A stretch of 64,000 nt of DNA, taken from assembly GCF_944391105.1 (NCBI RefSeq), contig NZ_CALXSK010000012.1, positions 11,414-75,413 on the forward strand. Reading direction: 5' to 3'. Made by a program: the position numbers and the translations under genes. Source of the stretch: an uncultured Victivallis sp. (GTDB taxonomy: Bacteria > Verrucomicrobiota > Lentisphaeria > Victivallales > Victivallaceae). Positions 8,986 through 18,538 of this stretch are shown here, in pieces. The notes beneath the pieces are model-generated. The model did no database searches. It was not told the DNA's origin and saw only the letters and a program-made list of their open reading frames with translations. Within the stretch, counting starts at the first letter, position 1; every line of letters begins with the position of its first letter.

Positions 8986-9095
8986 ACGTTTACTATACCT
9001 CGTCAGATAAAAAAAGGCAAACGTCTTTGACTCGGCTTGCATCTTCCGGAAAACGGAGTACTGTATGGCGTAACAACCAATGCGGGGGATTTTTC

Positions 9096-10121
9096 ATGGA
9101 AAAACGGGCGATTTCGCTGGATCAGGTTCTGACCGACTCCTGGAAACGAATGGTGGGGCTGCTGTTCAAGCCGTTTGATTTCAAAAAATGGCTGATCCTC
9201 GGTTTCTGTGCATGGATGACAATCCTCATCTATGATCTGGCGAGTATTCAGCAGAGAATTCTCGAACCGGTGTTTCAGAATCTGGAGCAATCCGAATCGT
9301 TTAACCAGACGGTGCACAATATCTTCAAGGGAACGGAGGGAACCTTGTGGAGCCGGCTGCTGCAGGAACTCGAACCGTATACCGGAATCATCTGCCTGAT
9401 TGCGGCCCTCTACATCGGCTATCTGATTCTCTGTCTGGTTGTTTACTGGGTGCGTTGCCGATTTGAGTTTGTGCTCCTTGCCAATCTGCTTCGCGGGACG
9501 CAGGAAGTCAGGAATCCCTGGCGGGAATACCGGAAAATCGGAAATTCCTATTTTATCGGCAGTTTTCTGGTGAATTGTCTCGTATTCCTCTACTATATGG
9601 TGATTCTGGCCATCCTCATGCCCATGCTCATTGCCTACCTGACGGAACTGGCCGCCGGCGAGGTGTCTCTGCCGGGCCCCGGTATCTGGATCTGCTTGGG
9701 GATTTTGCTTGTGTCCGCAATCATTCTCGGCTACTACATGTGGTTCTTCTATCAGCTGCTGATTCCGATCATGTACCGGGACAAGCTCACGTTCAGACAG
9801 GGGCTCCGGGTGATGAACCGGCTTATCTGGAAACACTTCGGGATCTGCTTCCTGTATTATCTGGTCATCATGGTTGTCTGGTTCGGGTTTCTGATCGCAG
9901 TGCTGGCAGCTTCGGCGTTGACCTGCTGCATCTTCCTGCTGCTGTTGACCAGTGTGCCTTATATCCGGGCAGTCATTGTACTGCCGTTCTGGGTCTTTTT
10001 CCGCCTGCTCGGGTTCAGACTCCTGGAGGAGCTTGATCCGCGCGATCCGGAACCGGAATCCGGCAGCGGACCGTTGCCAGAACCGGAAAGTGTTCCGAAA
10101 GAAATTCCGGCCGAACCGTAA
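9096..10121 (+). CDS. Conserved multi-pass membrane protein of unknown function
   Basis: About 7 hydrophobic helices; Pro/Glu-rich C-terminal tail; start ATG 9096 chosen after GGGGG. Confidence 0.65.
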   Translation: MEKRAISLDQVLTDSWKRMVGLLFKPFDFKKWLILGFCAWMTILIYDLASIQQRILEPVFQNLEQSESFNQTVHNIFKGTEGTLWSRLLQELEPYTGIICLIAALYIGYLILCLVVYWVRCRFEFVLLANLLRGTQEVRNPWREYRKIGNSYFIGSFLVNCLVFLYYMVILAILMPMLIAYLTELAAGEVSLPGPGIWICLGILLVSAIILGYYMWFFYQLLIPIMYRDKLTFRQGLRVMNRLIWKHFGICFLYYLVIMVVWFGFLIAVLAASALTCCIFLLLLTSVPYIRAVIVLPFWVFFRLLGFRLLEELDPRDPEPESGSGPLPEPESVPKEIPAEP

Positions 10122-10130
10122 GCAAATCCC

Positions 10131-11066
10131 TCAACTGTTCCGCTGGCGTGGATCAAGCGCATCGCGCAGTGCATCCCCCAGGACATTCAGAGCGAGGACA
10201 AGTACGAACATGAAGCCGGTTGCCGCGACAATCTCCCACCAGATGCCGCGCCAGAGACGTTCCTGTCCATCAGAGATCATCACGCCCCAGCTGGGTGCGC
10301 CCTGTGCACCGAAGCCGAGATAGCTTACGATCACCTCCAGCATGATCGCTCCGGCGAACGAGAGTGTGAAGTAGATGATGACCAGATGAAATACATTCGG
10401 CAGAATATGGCGCAGCACAATAACCGGGCCGCTTACACCCGCGACTCGCGCTGCCGCAACGAACGGCATGTTTCGGAGTTTCATCGCCTCAGCCCGAACC
10501 ACCCGGCAGAGCGTGACCCATCCCGTGATGCCGATTGCGAGGTAAATTGCGAGCATCCCCGGCTCGGCCCGGAGGAGGCTCCCGATACCTTCGGCTATCA
10601 GCATCAGGCTGTCCGGCAGAAAGTTGCGCGAGACCAGCAACGCGAAGGCCAGAATGAACAACAAAGTCGGCATCGAAGCGAACGTACTGTACAGCCAGAC
10701 GACGATGTCATCGAATTTTCCGCCGAAAAATCCCGCGACGGCACCGAGCAACACGCCGATGACAGCGGAAATCAGACTTGCAATGACGCCGACCTTCACC
10801 GCAGTGGCGCTTCCCGCGATCGCCCGCAACAGCACGTCCCGCCCCTGATAATCCGTTCCGAGCCAGTGACCGGGGGAGGGGGGGGCGTACCGTGCCGCAT
10901 CATCCACAACGTTATAAATCGGAATGATTTTATGGTGTTCGCACCAGACCGTGTAAAGTTCGGTTCCGACTGCGGCAAGCACATACAGCAGAACAATCCC
11001 CAGCGAAATCATCGCAAGTTTACTGCGGCAGAGTCGCTTCCATGCAGTTGTTCCGGGACGGCTCAT
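10131..11066 (-). CDS. Peptide/nickel ABC transporter permease (OppC/DppC family)
   Basis: HWLGTDYQGRDVL, EAA loop (FVAAARVAG), HILPN and PSWGVMI motifs. Confidence 0.9.
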   Translation of the reverse strand: MSRPGTTAWKRLCRSKLAMISLGIVLLYVLAAVGTELYTVWCEHHKIIPIYNVVDDAARYAPPSPGHWLGTDYQGRDVLLRAIAGSATAVKVGVIASLISAVIGVLLGAVAGFFGGKFDDIVVWLYSTFASMPTLLFILAFALLVSRNFLPDSLMLIAEGIGSLLRAEPGMLAIYLAIGITGWVTLCRVVRAEAMKLRNMPFVAAARVAGVSGPVIVLRHILPNVFHLVIIYFTLSFAGAIMLEVIVSYLGFGAQGAPSWGVMISDGQERLWRGIWWEIVAATGFMFVLVLALNVLGDALRDALDPRQRNS

Positions 11067-12937
11067 GCTCCGGCATTCTCCCGGTTCCGGCGAACGATCG
11101 AAATCTGGAGCAACGCGATATCGGCGGGGGTCACGCCATCGATCCGTCCCGCCTGGGCGAGGGTGGTCGGGCGTACTTTGACCAGTTTGGAACGTGCTTC
11201 GTTGCTGAGCCCCTTCACCGTTTCATAGTCGAAATCAGCCGGCATTTCCAATGCTTCCAGTTTCCGCATCCGATTGATCTCCGCAACTTCGCGCTGCAGA
11301 TACCCGTCGTAACGAGCCTCCACCATGAGTTCACGCCAGATGCGCCGCCCGAGACGCCCCTCCGGAAACTCCGGCAGCAGGCCGGCGGGGAAGGGGAGGT
11401 GATCGTGCGCCTCCTCTCTGGAAACGGTGTCCGGAAGTTCCTTCAGATGAACGAGCAGCGGTTTCCCCGCTGATTTCGTATTGCGGAAACAGGTGACGAC
11501 GCGTTCCAGCTCCGCCCGGTAGGTTGCAAATTCGCGGTATTTCTCCTCGGGCAGAAGTCCGAGTTCATGTGCCTGTTCCGAGAGCCGCAGGTCGGCATTG
11601 TCCTGCCGCAGGGTCAAGCGATATTCGGCGCGGCTTGTGAAGAGTCGATAGGGTTCGATGATCTCCTTGGTACAGAGGTCATCGATCATGACCCCGATGT
11701 AGCTTTTTTCCCGTCCGAATTCGACAGTGCTCTTTCCGGCGGCCGTGCGTGCGGCATTGAGCCCGGCGACCAGCCCCTGACCGGCAGCCTCCTCATAGCC
11801 GCTCGTCCCGTTGATCTGGCCGGCGGTGAAGAGGTTGGGCCAGGATTTGACCCGCAGTGAACGCTCCAGCTGATCGGGATAAAGGAAATCATATTCGATC
11901 GCATAGGCGTAGCGTGAAATCACAGCCCGTTCCATCCCCGGGATCGAGTGAATCATCTGTCGCTGAACCTCGACCGGGAGACTCGTCGAGATGCCGTTGA
12001 TGTAGTATTCCCTGGTCTGGGCTCCCTCGGGTTCAAGATAAAGCAGATGGACCGGGTGTTGCGGGAAACGCACGACCTTATCTTCGAACGACGGACAATA
12101 GCGTGTACCAATTCCTTTGATAACACCTTGATACATGGGAGAATATTGAATATTTTCCCGAACGATCTCCGCCGTTTTCTCCGTCGAATAAACCATGTGA
12201 CAAGGCAGGTCGTGTTTCCGGGCGCGGGGAAGGGGGGGACGCAATGCCTCGCTCCAGTTGCAGAACTCCTCCTCCTGCCCTGCGGCTTCCTGGATGCGCA
12301 TGGCGGAGAAATCGATGGTTTTGGCAAGGATTCGCGGAGGCGTGCCGGTTTTGAGTCGTCCAATGCGGAGATTGAGCTGTTCCGCAAGGGCGCAGGAGAG
12401 CGCGTTCGACGGGAAATCGCCCGCTCGCCCGCCGGGAAAATTCCGCATTCCGTAATGGAGTTTGCCGTTCAGAAAAGTTCCGGTAGTGACGACGACGGCG
12501 CGGCAGCGGATCTGGTCTCCGAACTGATTCACAACGCCGGCAATCCCGCCGTTTTCCACCAGAAATCCGGTGACTTCCGCCTGAAGAAGGTCGATTCCCG
12601 GTGTCTCTTCGAGCAACAGTTTCATCCCGCGCTGATACACGACCTTGTCACATTGCGACCGAGGGGACCATACGGCCGGTCCCTTGGTCTGATTCAACAT
12701 CCGGAATTGGATGGATGCGGCATCGGTCACCATGCCCTGGGCTCCACCCATGGCATCAATTTCGCGCACGACCTGTCCTTTGGCGATTCCGCCGACTGCG
12801 GGATTGCAGCTCATCTGGGCGATGTGATCCAGATTCAGCGTAATGAGCATCACCGATGCGCCGACCCGGGCCGCGGCGAAAGCGGCTTCGCACCCGGCAT
12901 GACCGGCGCCGATTACAATAACATCATACTCTTTCAT
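11063..12937 (-). CDS. mnmG: tRNA uridine-5-carboxymethylaminomethyl(34) synthesis enzyme MnmG (GidA)
   Basis: YDVIVIGAGHAGCEAA, MSCNPAVGGIAKG, RYCPSFEDK, AGQINGTSGYEEAAGQG, PYRLFTSRAEYRL. Confidence 0.97.
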   Translation of the reverse strand: MKEYDVIVIGAGHAGCEAAFAAARVGASVMLITLNLDHIAQMSCNPAVGGIAKGQVVREIDAMGGAQGMVTDAASIQFRMLNQTKGPAVWSPRSQCDKVVYQRGMKLLLEETPGIDLLQAEVTGFLVENGGIAGVVNQFGDQIRCRAVVVTTGTFLNGKLHYGMRNFPGGRAGDFPSNALSCALAEQLNLRIGRLKTGTPPRILAKTIDFSAMRIQEAAGQEEEFCNWSEALRPPLPRARKHDLPCHMVYSTEKTAEIVRENIQYSPMYQGVIKGIGTRYCPSFEDKVVRFPQHPVHLLYLEPEGAQTREYYINGISTSLPVEVQRQMIHSIPGMERAVISRYAYAIEYDFLYPDQLERSLRVKSWPNLFTAGQINGTSGYEEAAGQGLVAGLNAARTAAGKSTVEFGREKSYIGVMIDDLCTKEIIEPYRLFTSRAEYRLTLRQDNADLRLSEQAHELGLLPEEKYREFATYRAELERVVTCFRNTKSAGKPLLVHLKELPDTVSREEAHDHLPFPAGLLPEFPEGRLGRRIWRELMVEARYDGYLQREVAEINRMRKLEALEMPADFDYETVKGLSNEARSKLVKVRPTTLAQAGRIDGVTPADIALLQISIVRRNRENAGA

Positions 12938-13101
12938 GTTTTCGCTTTCGTAGAACAACCATTTTTATAAGATACCTTCAAAGGTTGACATTATCAATCT
13001 ATATGGAGAGGATTTTTCCGGAAAATCCGGCGACTTTTCTCCGGACATCCCCTCCCCGGAAATCCTGGCTCGATACTTAACATAACGCACATTATGCGAC
13101 G

Positions 13102-13470
13102 TTATATATTGGCGCCGGAATCCCCCCTCTCGTCGAGAATCTTCTGCAAACGAACACGAAGCTCAGCATCATCGGCGGAATGCTGCAAGGCATCGCGGAT
13201 CAGATCGAGAAGATTTTGATGTTCGTTTTCTGCGGCGCGCTCTGCATCGATCGATAAAGCACGTTCCGAGGCACGTTTCCAATATCCGGGCATGTTTGGT
13301 TTCTCCTTGTTTTGAAGTTGACGATTGAGAATATCGGCGATTGCATCGGCAAGTGAAGAGCAAAAGTTTTCTCCCCATTCTTCCGAATCACTGAATTCTA
13401 TGCCGAAATGGATAGAATCCTGCAACTTGATCAGCCAGTTGCCTAACTTGTCATATAAAACGTAAACCAT
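13102..13470 (-). CDS. Hypothetical protein (122 aa) in a low-GC segment
   Basis: ORF with no recognised motif; ATG overlaps the stop of the upstream small ORF (TAATG). Confidence 0.5.
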   Translation of the reverse strand: MVYVLYDKLGNWLIKLQDSIHFGIEFSDSEEWGENFCSSLADAIADILNRQLQNKEKPNMPGYWKRASERALSIDAERAAENEHQNLLDLIRDALQHSADDAELRVRLQKILDERGDSGANI

Positions 13471-13622
13471 TACAACACCCCGACAGCGTCTTTATGGAAT
13501 TCAATTCCGCGCTTGAAAAGCAAACCGGAAGCTCGTTCGTAATCATCAATGGCGGCATAGTTCCGAAGCAAAGCCTTTTCCGCCGTGGTAAGTCTGCGGA
13601 ATCCATCGGCGATAATATCCAT
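13470..13622 (-). CDS. Small hypothetical ORF (50 aa), possibly the 3' remnant of a disrupted gene
   Basis: My translation: MDIIADGFRRLTTAEKALLRNYAAIDDYERASGLLFKRGIEFHKDAVGVL*. Frame stays open upstream to a TGA at 13698-13700. Not in the supplied ORF track. Confidence 0.4.
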   Translation of the reverse strand: MDIIADGFRRLTTAEKALLRNYAAIDDYERASGLLFKRGIEFHKDAVGVL

Positions 13623-14129
13623 GAACTTTTTTAACTCAGGCTGCGCCGCTCCCTCCGTAATGGCCTGATCAGAAAAACGATCCGCGGCCTGGTTCCGTCA
13701 ATAAAGTCCCCTGCCCCATCCGTTTTATTTTCCCGAAATCTGGAATGAACCGCAGGGAAAAAGAAAATATGCGGCGGGTTATACGCTTTCCTGATGCGGA
13801 TGAATTCGATATTCAGAAACGATGACAGAGAGAATAAGACAATAAAACTATCTTCGAGCGAAAGGAGAATACACCGGGAGGCCAAAACGAAATTGCAGTG
13901 GATCCGCCTCAAATATCGGATCGCTGCATCGAAAGACAACAAATGAGCAGCCGGAAGTAAGCAGAGCAATAAAACTCAAAAAAACACACGTTACCCCGAT
14001 GTTGCATTTCCTGCCGCAATCATGCACAGCAATTGCAACATTCCATCAACAATCATCGGGAAGGACTCCGGCCAACCACGACGCCAGCCAAAGCCCTCCC
14101 CTCCCCGATTTTCCGGTTGATGGCGGAAA

Positions 14130-14705
14130 TCACCAGTTCTCGGCAAGAACCTCGAAGTAAGCCTGCGGGTGAGCACAGGCCGGACAGACCGCCGGCGCTT
14201 CAAAGCCGACATGCAGATAACCGCAGTTCAGGCAGCGCCAGACAACCTCAGTCGATTTCTTGAAAACGGTGGAATTCTTCAGATTTTCCAGCAATCCACG
14301 ATAACGACGCTCATGCTGTTTTTCTGCGACACAGACGCGGTCCCACACCTCGGCAATTTCCGGAAACCCTTCCTTGCGGGCGACTTCCGCAAACGCCGGG
14401 TACATCGAACTCCACTCCTCGTACTCTCCGCCCGCGGCAGCAGTCAGGTTCGCGACCGTGTCCGAGATGACCCCGGCCGGGAAACTCGCGGTAATTTCAA
14501 GATCGCCGCCTTCAAGAAACTTGAAGAAACGTTTTGCATGCTCTTTTTCCTGATTTGCGGTCTCCTCGAAGATGTTCGCAATCTGAACATATCCCTCTTT
14601 GCGGGCGACGCCGGCAAAATAGGTGTAACGGTTGCGCGCCTGGGACTCCCCGGCGAAAGATTTCATGAGGTTCTTTTCGGTTTCGGTTCCCCGGATCGAT
14701 TTCAT
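14130..14705 (-). CDS. rbr: Rubrerythrin
   Basis: NLMKSFAGESQARNRY, EKEHAK and EKQHERRY di-iron motifs; C-terminal rubredoxin-like WRCLNCGY...CPAC. Confidence 0.95.
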   Translation of the reverse strand: MKSIRGTETEKNLMKSFAGESQARNRYTYFAGVARKEGYVQIANIFEETANQEKEHAKRFFKFLEGGDLEITASFPAGVISDTVANLTAAAGGEYEEWSSMYPAFAEVARKEGFPEIAEVWDRVCVAEKQHERRYRGLLENLKNSTVFKKSTEVVWRCLNCGYLHVGFEAPAVCPACAHPQAYFEVLAENW

Positions 14706-14878
14706 CTTTCTGTCCTCCATGTTTGCTTTGCAATTTTCCGCCGCGGTAAGACGGCGCTCCGACACCGCATTACATTAGCAGATTTCCCGGAAAAGTCAAG
14801 CAGAACCAACTCTCCCCTTGCATTCCGCCTCCACACATTTATATTATGAAGAAACCAATGATGAATCTGGGGGATACC

Positions 14879-16369
14879 ATGTCGAAAGAATTCAACATAT
14901 TGCTGGCGCAAGTTCATGAAATCCGTGACCTTGCTGCGACGCTCGCGCTTCTGGAGTGGGATATGCAGACTTATCTGCCGGCCGGCGCAGCCGACGGACG
15001 GGCCGCACAGATGGAGACTCTCGCAGGTGTCGTTCATGAAAAACTCACCTCCCGCGCATTCGCCCACGCACTGGAGAGTGCGGAAGCCGCAAAGTATGAA
15101 CCCGGCTCATTCGAAGCGGCGCTGCTGCGGAAACTCCGGAACAATTTCGAAAAAGAGCGAAAAATGCCCGCCCGGCTCGTGCGGGAGATCGGGGCGGCAA
15201 GTTCCGCCGCCTACGGAGCCTGGTTACGGGCGCGCGAGGAGCAGAAATTCTCATCCTTTGCGCCGCATCTGGAAAAACTCCTGAAACTGCGTCAGGAGCA
15301 GTCCGCGCTCTACACCCCGGCTGCTCATCCGCTCGATCCGCTGCTGGACGATTATGAGGAAGGGCTCACCGTCGCGGAAATCGATCCGGTCTTTGCCGTG
15401 CTTCGAAAAGAACAGACCGCGCTGGTCCGCGAAGCCGCCGACCGGAAGCAGCCGGATGATTCGTTCCTTCATGACCATCCGTTTTCGACGAAAAAGCAGC
15501 TTGAGCTTGCACGATTCGCGGCGAAGCGGATCGGTTACGACTTCCGGCGAGGCCGCATCGACCTGACGGAGCATCCATTCACAACGAGCTTCGGGCTCTC
15601 GGATGTGCGGATCACGACAAAGGCGTTTCCGCAACTGCCGCTCTCGTGCCTTTTCAGCACGATTCACGAGGCGGGGCACGCCATTTATGAGCAGGGAATC
15701 GATCGGAAGTTTGACCGCACCCCGCTGGCGGACGGTGCGTCGCTCGCGTTCCACGAATCGCAGTCGCGGCTCTGGGAGAATCAGGTCGGGCGCGGGCTGC
15801 CGTTCTGGCGCTGGTTCTACCCGTACATGCAGCGAAAATTCCCGGGGGAGCTCGGAACCATTTCGCTTGAACGCTTCTACGGAGCGATCAACCGGGTCGA
15901 GTGCTCGCTCGTGCGCATTGAGGCGGATGAAGCCACCTACAATCTGCACATTCTGCTGCGGTACGACCTCGAAAAGGCGCTGTTCGAAAATCGTCTCTCC
16001 GTCGAGGAACTCCCGGAGGCGTGGAACGAAAAGATGCGCCAATACCTCGGACTCGTTCCCCCGAACGACCTTGCGGGCGTTCTTCAGGACGTTCACTGGG
16101 CAGGCGGAAGTTTCGGTTACTTCCCGACTTACGCGCTCGGCAACCTGATTGCTGCGCAGGTGTGGAGCCTCGCACACAAGGAGATACCGGATCTTGATGA
16201 AGAAATCGCGTCCGGACGGTTTGCCGCATTTCGCGCGTTCCTGCGGGAAAAGGTTCATCACTTCGGCGCATCGCTCCCGCCAAGGGAACTGCTGCGGAAA
16301 TTGACCGGGACGGAGAAAATCAACCCCGCCCCGTTTCTCGCCTATCTGCGCGAAAAATATCTGCCGTAA
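14879..16369 (+). CDS. Carboxypeptidase Taq-like metallopeptidase (M32)
   Basis: HPF, IHEAGHAIYEQ (HEXXH), FHESQSRLWEN, LQDVHW and GYFPTYALG motifs. Confidence 0.93.
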   Translation: MSKEFNILLAQVHEIRDLAATLALLEWDMQTYLPAGAADGRAAQMETLAGVVHEKLTSRAFAHALESAEAAKYEPGSFEAALLRKLRNNFEKERKMPARLVREIGAASSAAYGAWLRAREEQKFSSFAPHLEKLLKLRQEQSALYTPAAHPLDPLLDDYEEGLTVAEIDPVFAVLRKEQTALVREAADRKQPDDSFLHDHPFSTKKQLELARFAAKRIGYDFRRGRIDLTEHPFTTSFGLSDVRITTKAFPQLPLSCLFSTIHEAGHAIYEQGIDRKFDRTPLADGASLAFHESQSRLWENQVGRGLPFWRWFYPYMQRKFPGELGTISLERFYGAINRVECSLVRIEADEATYNLHILLRYDLEKALFENRLSVEELPEAWNEKMRQYLGLVPPNDLAGVLQDVHWAGGSFGYFPTYALGNLIAAQVWSLAHKEIPDLDEEIASGRFAAFRAFLREKVHHFGASLPPRELLRKLTGTEKINPAPFLAYLREKYLP

Positions 16370-16382
16370 TTACCTGTGTTGT

Positions 16383-16943
16383 TCAACACAACAGAGCAAG
16401 CAGCTGACGCAGCCATTCGGGATGTGCAGGCCATGCCGGTGCAGTCACGATGTGGCCGTCAGTCACGGCGCCGGTCATCGGAAGATCGACGAATTCTCCT
16501 CCGGCAAGTTCGACCTCAGGTCGCACCGCCGGATAGGCGCTGATCCGTTTCCCGGCAATGACTCCGGCGGCAGCGAGCAGCTGCGGTCCGTGACAGACGG
16601 CTGCAATCGGCTTTCTGTGCCGGTCAAAGGCCCGGATCAGCTCGATGACCCGAACGTCGAGCCGCAGATATTCCGGAGAGCGTCCTCCCGGCAGGACAAG
16701 AGCATCGAAGTTCTTCTCCTCCACAAGGTTGAAGTCTCCGTTCAGCACAAAATTGTGGCCGCGCTTTTCGGAGTAGGTCATATCACCCTCGAAATCATGA
16801 ATCGCGGTTCGAATCACCTCCCCCGTCTTCTTCCCCGGTGCGACGGCTGTCACCTCGCTGCCGAAAATCTGAAGAGCCTGAAACGGAACCATCATCTCGT
16901 AATCTTCGACGTAATCGCCGGCAATCATCAAAATTTTCTTCAT
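16383..16943 (-). CDS. DJ-1/PfpI family protein
   Basis: [21 protein letters not shown] and AVCHGPQLL (catalytic Cys); AGGAGG RBS. Confidence 0.9.
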   Translation of the reverse strand: MKKILMIAGDYVEDYEMMVPFQALQIFGSEVTAVAPGKKTGEVIRTAIHDFEGDMTYSEKRGHNFVLNGDFNLVEEKNFDALVLPGGRSPEYLRLDVRVIELIRAFDRHRKPIAAVCHGPQLLAAAGVIAGKRISAYPAVRPEVELAGGEFVDLPMTGAVTDGHIVTAPAWPAHPEWLRQLLALLC

Positions 16944-16970
16944 AACACAACCTCCTGATAACCAATCATT

Positions 16971-18506
16971 TCATTCTCCATCAACATACCACTCCGGAGT
17001 AATGCCGAGCCTGTTGATTTTATAATGAATCACACGCGGCGAAAGTCCGAGACTGCGAGCGGCCGCCGACATGTTGCCGGAGTTCCGCTTCAGGGCCTCC
17101 ACAATAAGCTCGCGTTCGTAGGAATCCACCAGAACGTTGAACGACGCCTTCCCGTCCGGCAGAAGCTGCGAGCCGGACTCCTTGCCGGTCTGCAGTGACG
17201 GCGGAAGATTGTAACCATGAATGCAATCGTCCTGTGCCGTGAGCACCGCCCGTTCGATGCAGTTCTCCAACTCCCGGACATTGCCGGGCCAGTGGTAGGC
17301 CATGAGCATGTTGATCGCGGGCGTCGAGAGACGTGACACCTTCTTGCCGTATTTCACATTCATCTTTTCGATGAAATGCTCCGCAAGCAATATGATGTCG
17401 CTCTTGCGCTTCGACAGATCCGGCATGACGATCGGAAAGATGTTCAGCCGGTAGTAGAGGTCTTCCCGGAAGAGTTTGCGGCTCATGAGATCCTCCAGAT
17501 TCCGACTCGTCGCCGCGAGAAACCGGACGTTCGACCGCAGCTCGACATTGCTGCCCACCCGCGAAAATGTGCGTTCCTGGATGAACCGCAACAGCTTTAC
17601 CTGCGTCTGAAGCGAAAGGTCGCCGATCTCATCGAGAAAGAGCGTTCCGCCGTCGGCAGCTTCGGCGCGTCCGATCCGACGGCCAACCGCCCCCGTGAAT
17701 GCGCCTTTTTCATGTCCGAAAAGTTCGCTTTCGACCAGGTTTTCCGGCAGCGCCGCGCAGTTCAGACAGACGAACGGCTTATCCTTCCGGCTGGAGAGAT
17801 TTACAATTGCGCGGGCGACGAGCTCCTTGCCGGTTCCGGAACTGCCGCGGATCAGCACGGTTGCATCGGACGGCGCGACCTGACGGATCAACTCGTACAC
17901 CTGCTGCATGGCGCGGCAGTTGCCGACCATTTCGCCGGGATTCTCCGAGAGCATCTCACGCAGTTTGCGGTTCTCTTCGAGCAGACTTTCGCGCTCTTCG
18001 TGCTCCTTCATAACGGCGGCGACGGCCTCGGCAGTGATATTGCCGATGATCTCAAGCAATGCCATGTCGTTCTCAAGATCGGTGTCCGGCGTGATAAGCC
18101 GGTCGATGCTCAAAGTTCCGATCACCTGTTCCAGGTGGATGATCGGCACGCAGATGAATGCGACCGGATCTTTGTAATCCCGTGATTTCGTGCGATTCAG
18201 AAAACGGTGGTCGCTGCGGATGTCGGGGATCAGATGCGGGCGGCCGGTTTCCGCGACGTGCCCGGTGATCCCCTCCCCCAGCCGATAGCGGCCAAGCTGT
18301 TTTTCCGTCGCGTCAAGTCCCTGTGACGCCTCAATGACGAGCATGTCGCCATGGCGCAGCGTGAAAGTCCCGCGCAACATTCCCATGCGGCGGTTCAACA
18401 CATCAAGCACCTTGTTGAGAACGGCATCGACGTTGCGCTCGTGCACAATCGCCGAACTGATCTCCTGCAGAACGGTGATTTCGGATTTTAATCGTTCATC
18501 CATCAT
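16971..18506 (-). CDS. NifA-like sigma54-dependent activator (GAF + AAA+ + Fis-type HTH)
   Basis: N-terminal GAF; Walker A GSSGTGKE; ESELFGHEKGAFTGA; LFLDEIGDL; FREDLYYRLN; WPGNVRELEN; C-terminal HTH AAARSLGLSPRVIHYKI. Confidence 0.93.
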   Translation of the reverse strand: MMDERLKSEITVLQEISSAIVHERNVDAVLNKVLDVLNRRMGMLRGTFTLRHGDMLVIEASQGLDATEKQLGRYRLGEGITGHVAETGRPHLIPDIRSDHRFLNRTKSRDYKDPVAFICVPIIHLEQVIGTLSIDRLITPDTDLENDMALLEIIGNITAEAVAAVMKEHEERESLLEENRKLREMLSENPGEMVGNCRAMQQVYELIRQVAPSDATVLIRGSSGTGKELVARAIVNLSSRKDKPFVCLNCAALPENLVESELFGHEKGAFTGAVGRRIGRAEAADGGTLFLDEIGDLSLQTQVKLLRFIQERTFSRVGSNVELRSNVRFLAATSRNLEDLMSRKLFREDLYYRLNIFPIVMPDLSKRKSDIILLAEHFIEKMNVKYGKKVSRLSTPAINMLMAYHWPGNVRELENCIERAVLTAQDDCIHGYNLPPSLQTGKESGSQLLPDGKASFNVLVDSYERELIVEALKRNSGNMSAAARSLGLSPRVIHYKINRLGITPEWYVDGE

Positions 18507-18538
18507 ACCGAATCATCTCCCCGGTCCGGCTGGTTGTT

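Noticed and set aside
5331-10121. Complete type II/III secretion or type IV pilus cluster
   Set aside because: Flanking genes (DUF3592, membrane protein, OppC) are not ATPase, platform or pilin components
13631-13969. 112-aa hydrophobic ORF as a real gene
   Set aside because: Low-complexity reverse translation of A-rich DNA, no RBS or motif; kept only as part of the low-GC insert
13990-14060. Integron attC site or structured ncRNA
   Set aside because: Inverted repeats are short, no RYYYAAC/GTTRRRY pairing and no integrase
16971-18506. Evidence for nitrogen fixation
   Set aside because: Only the regulator architecture resembles NifA; no nifHDK or accessory nif gene in the window
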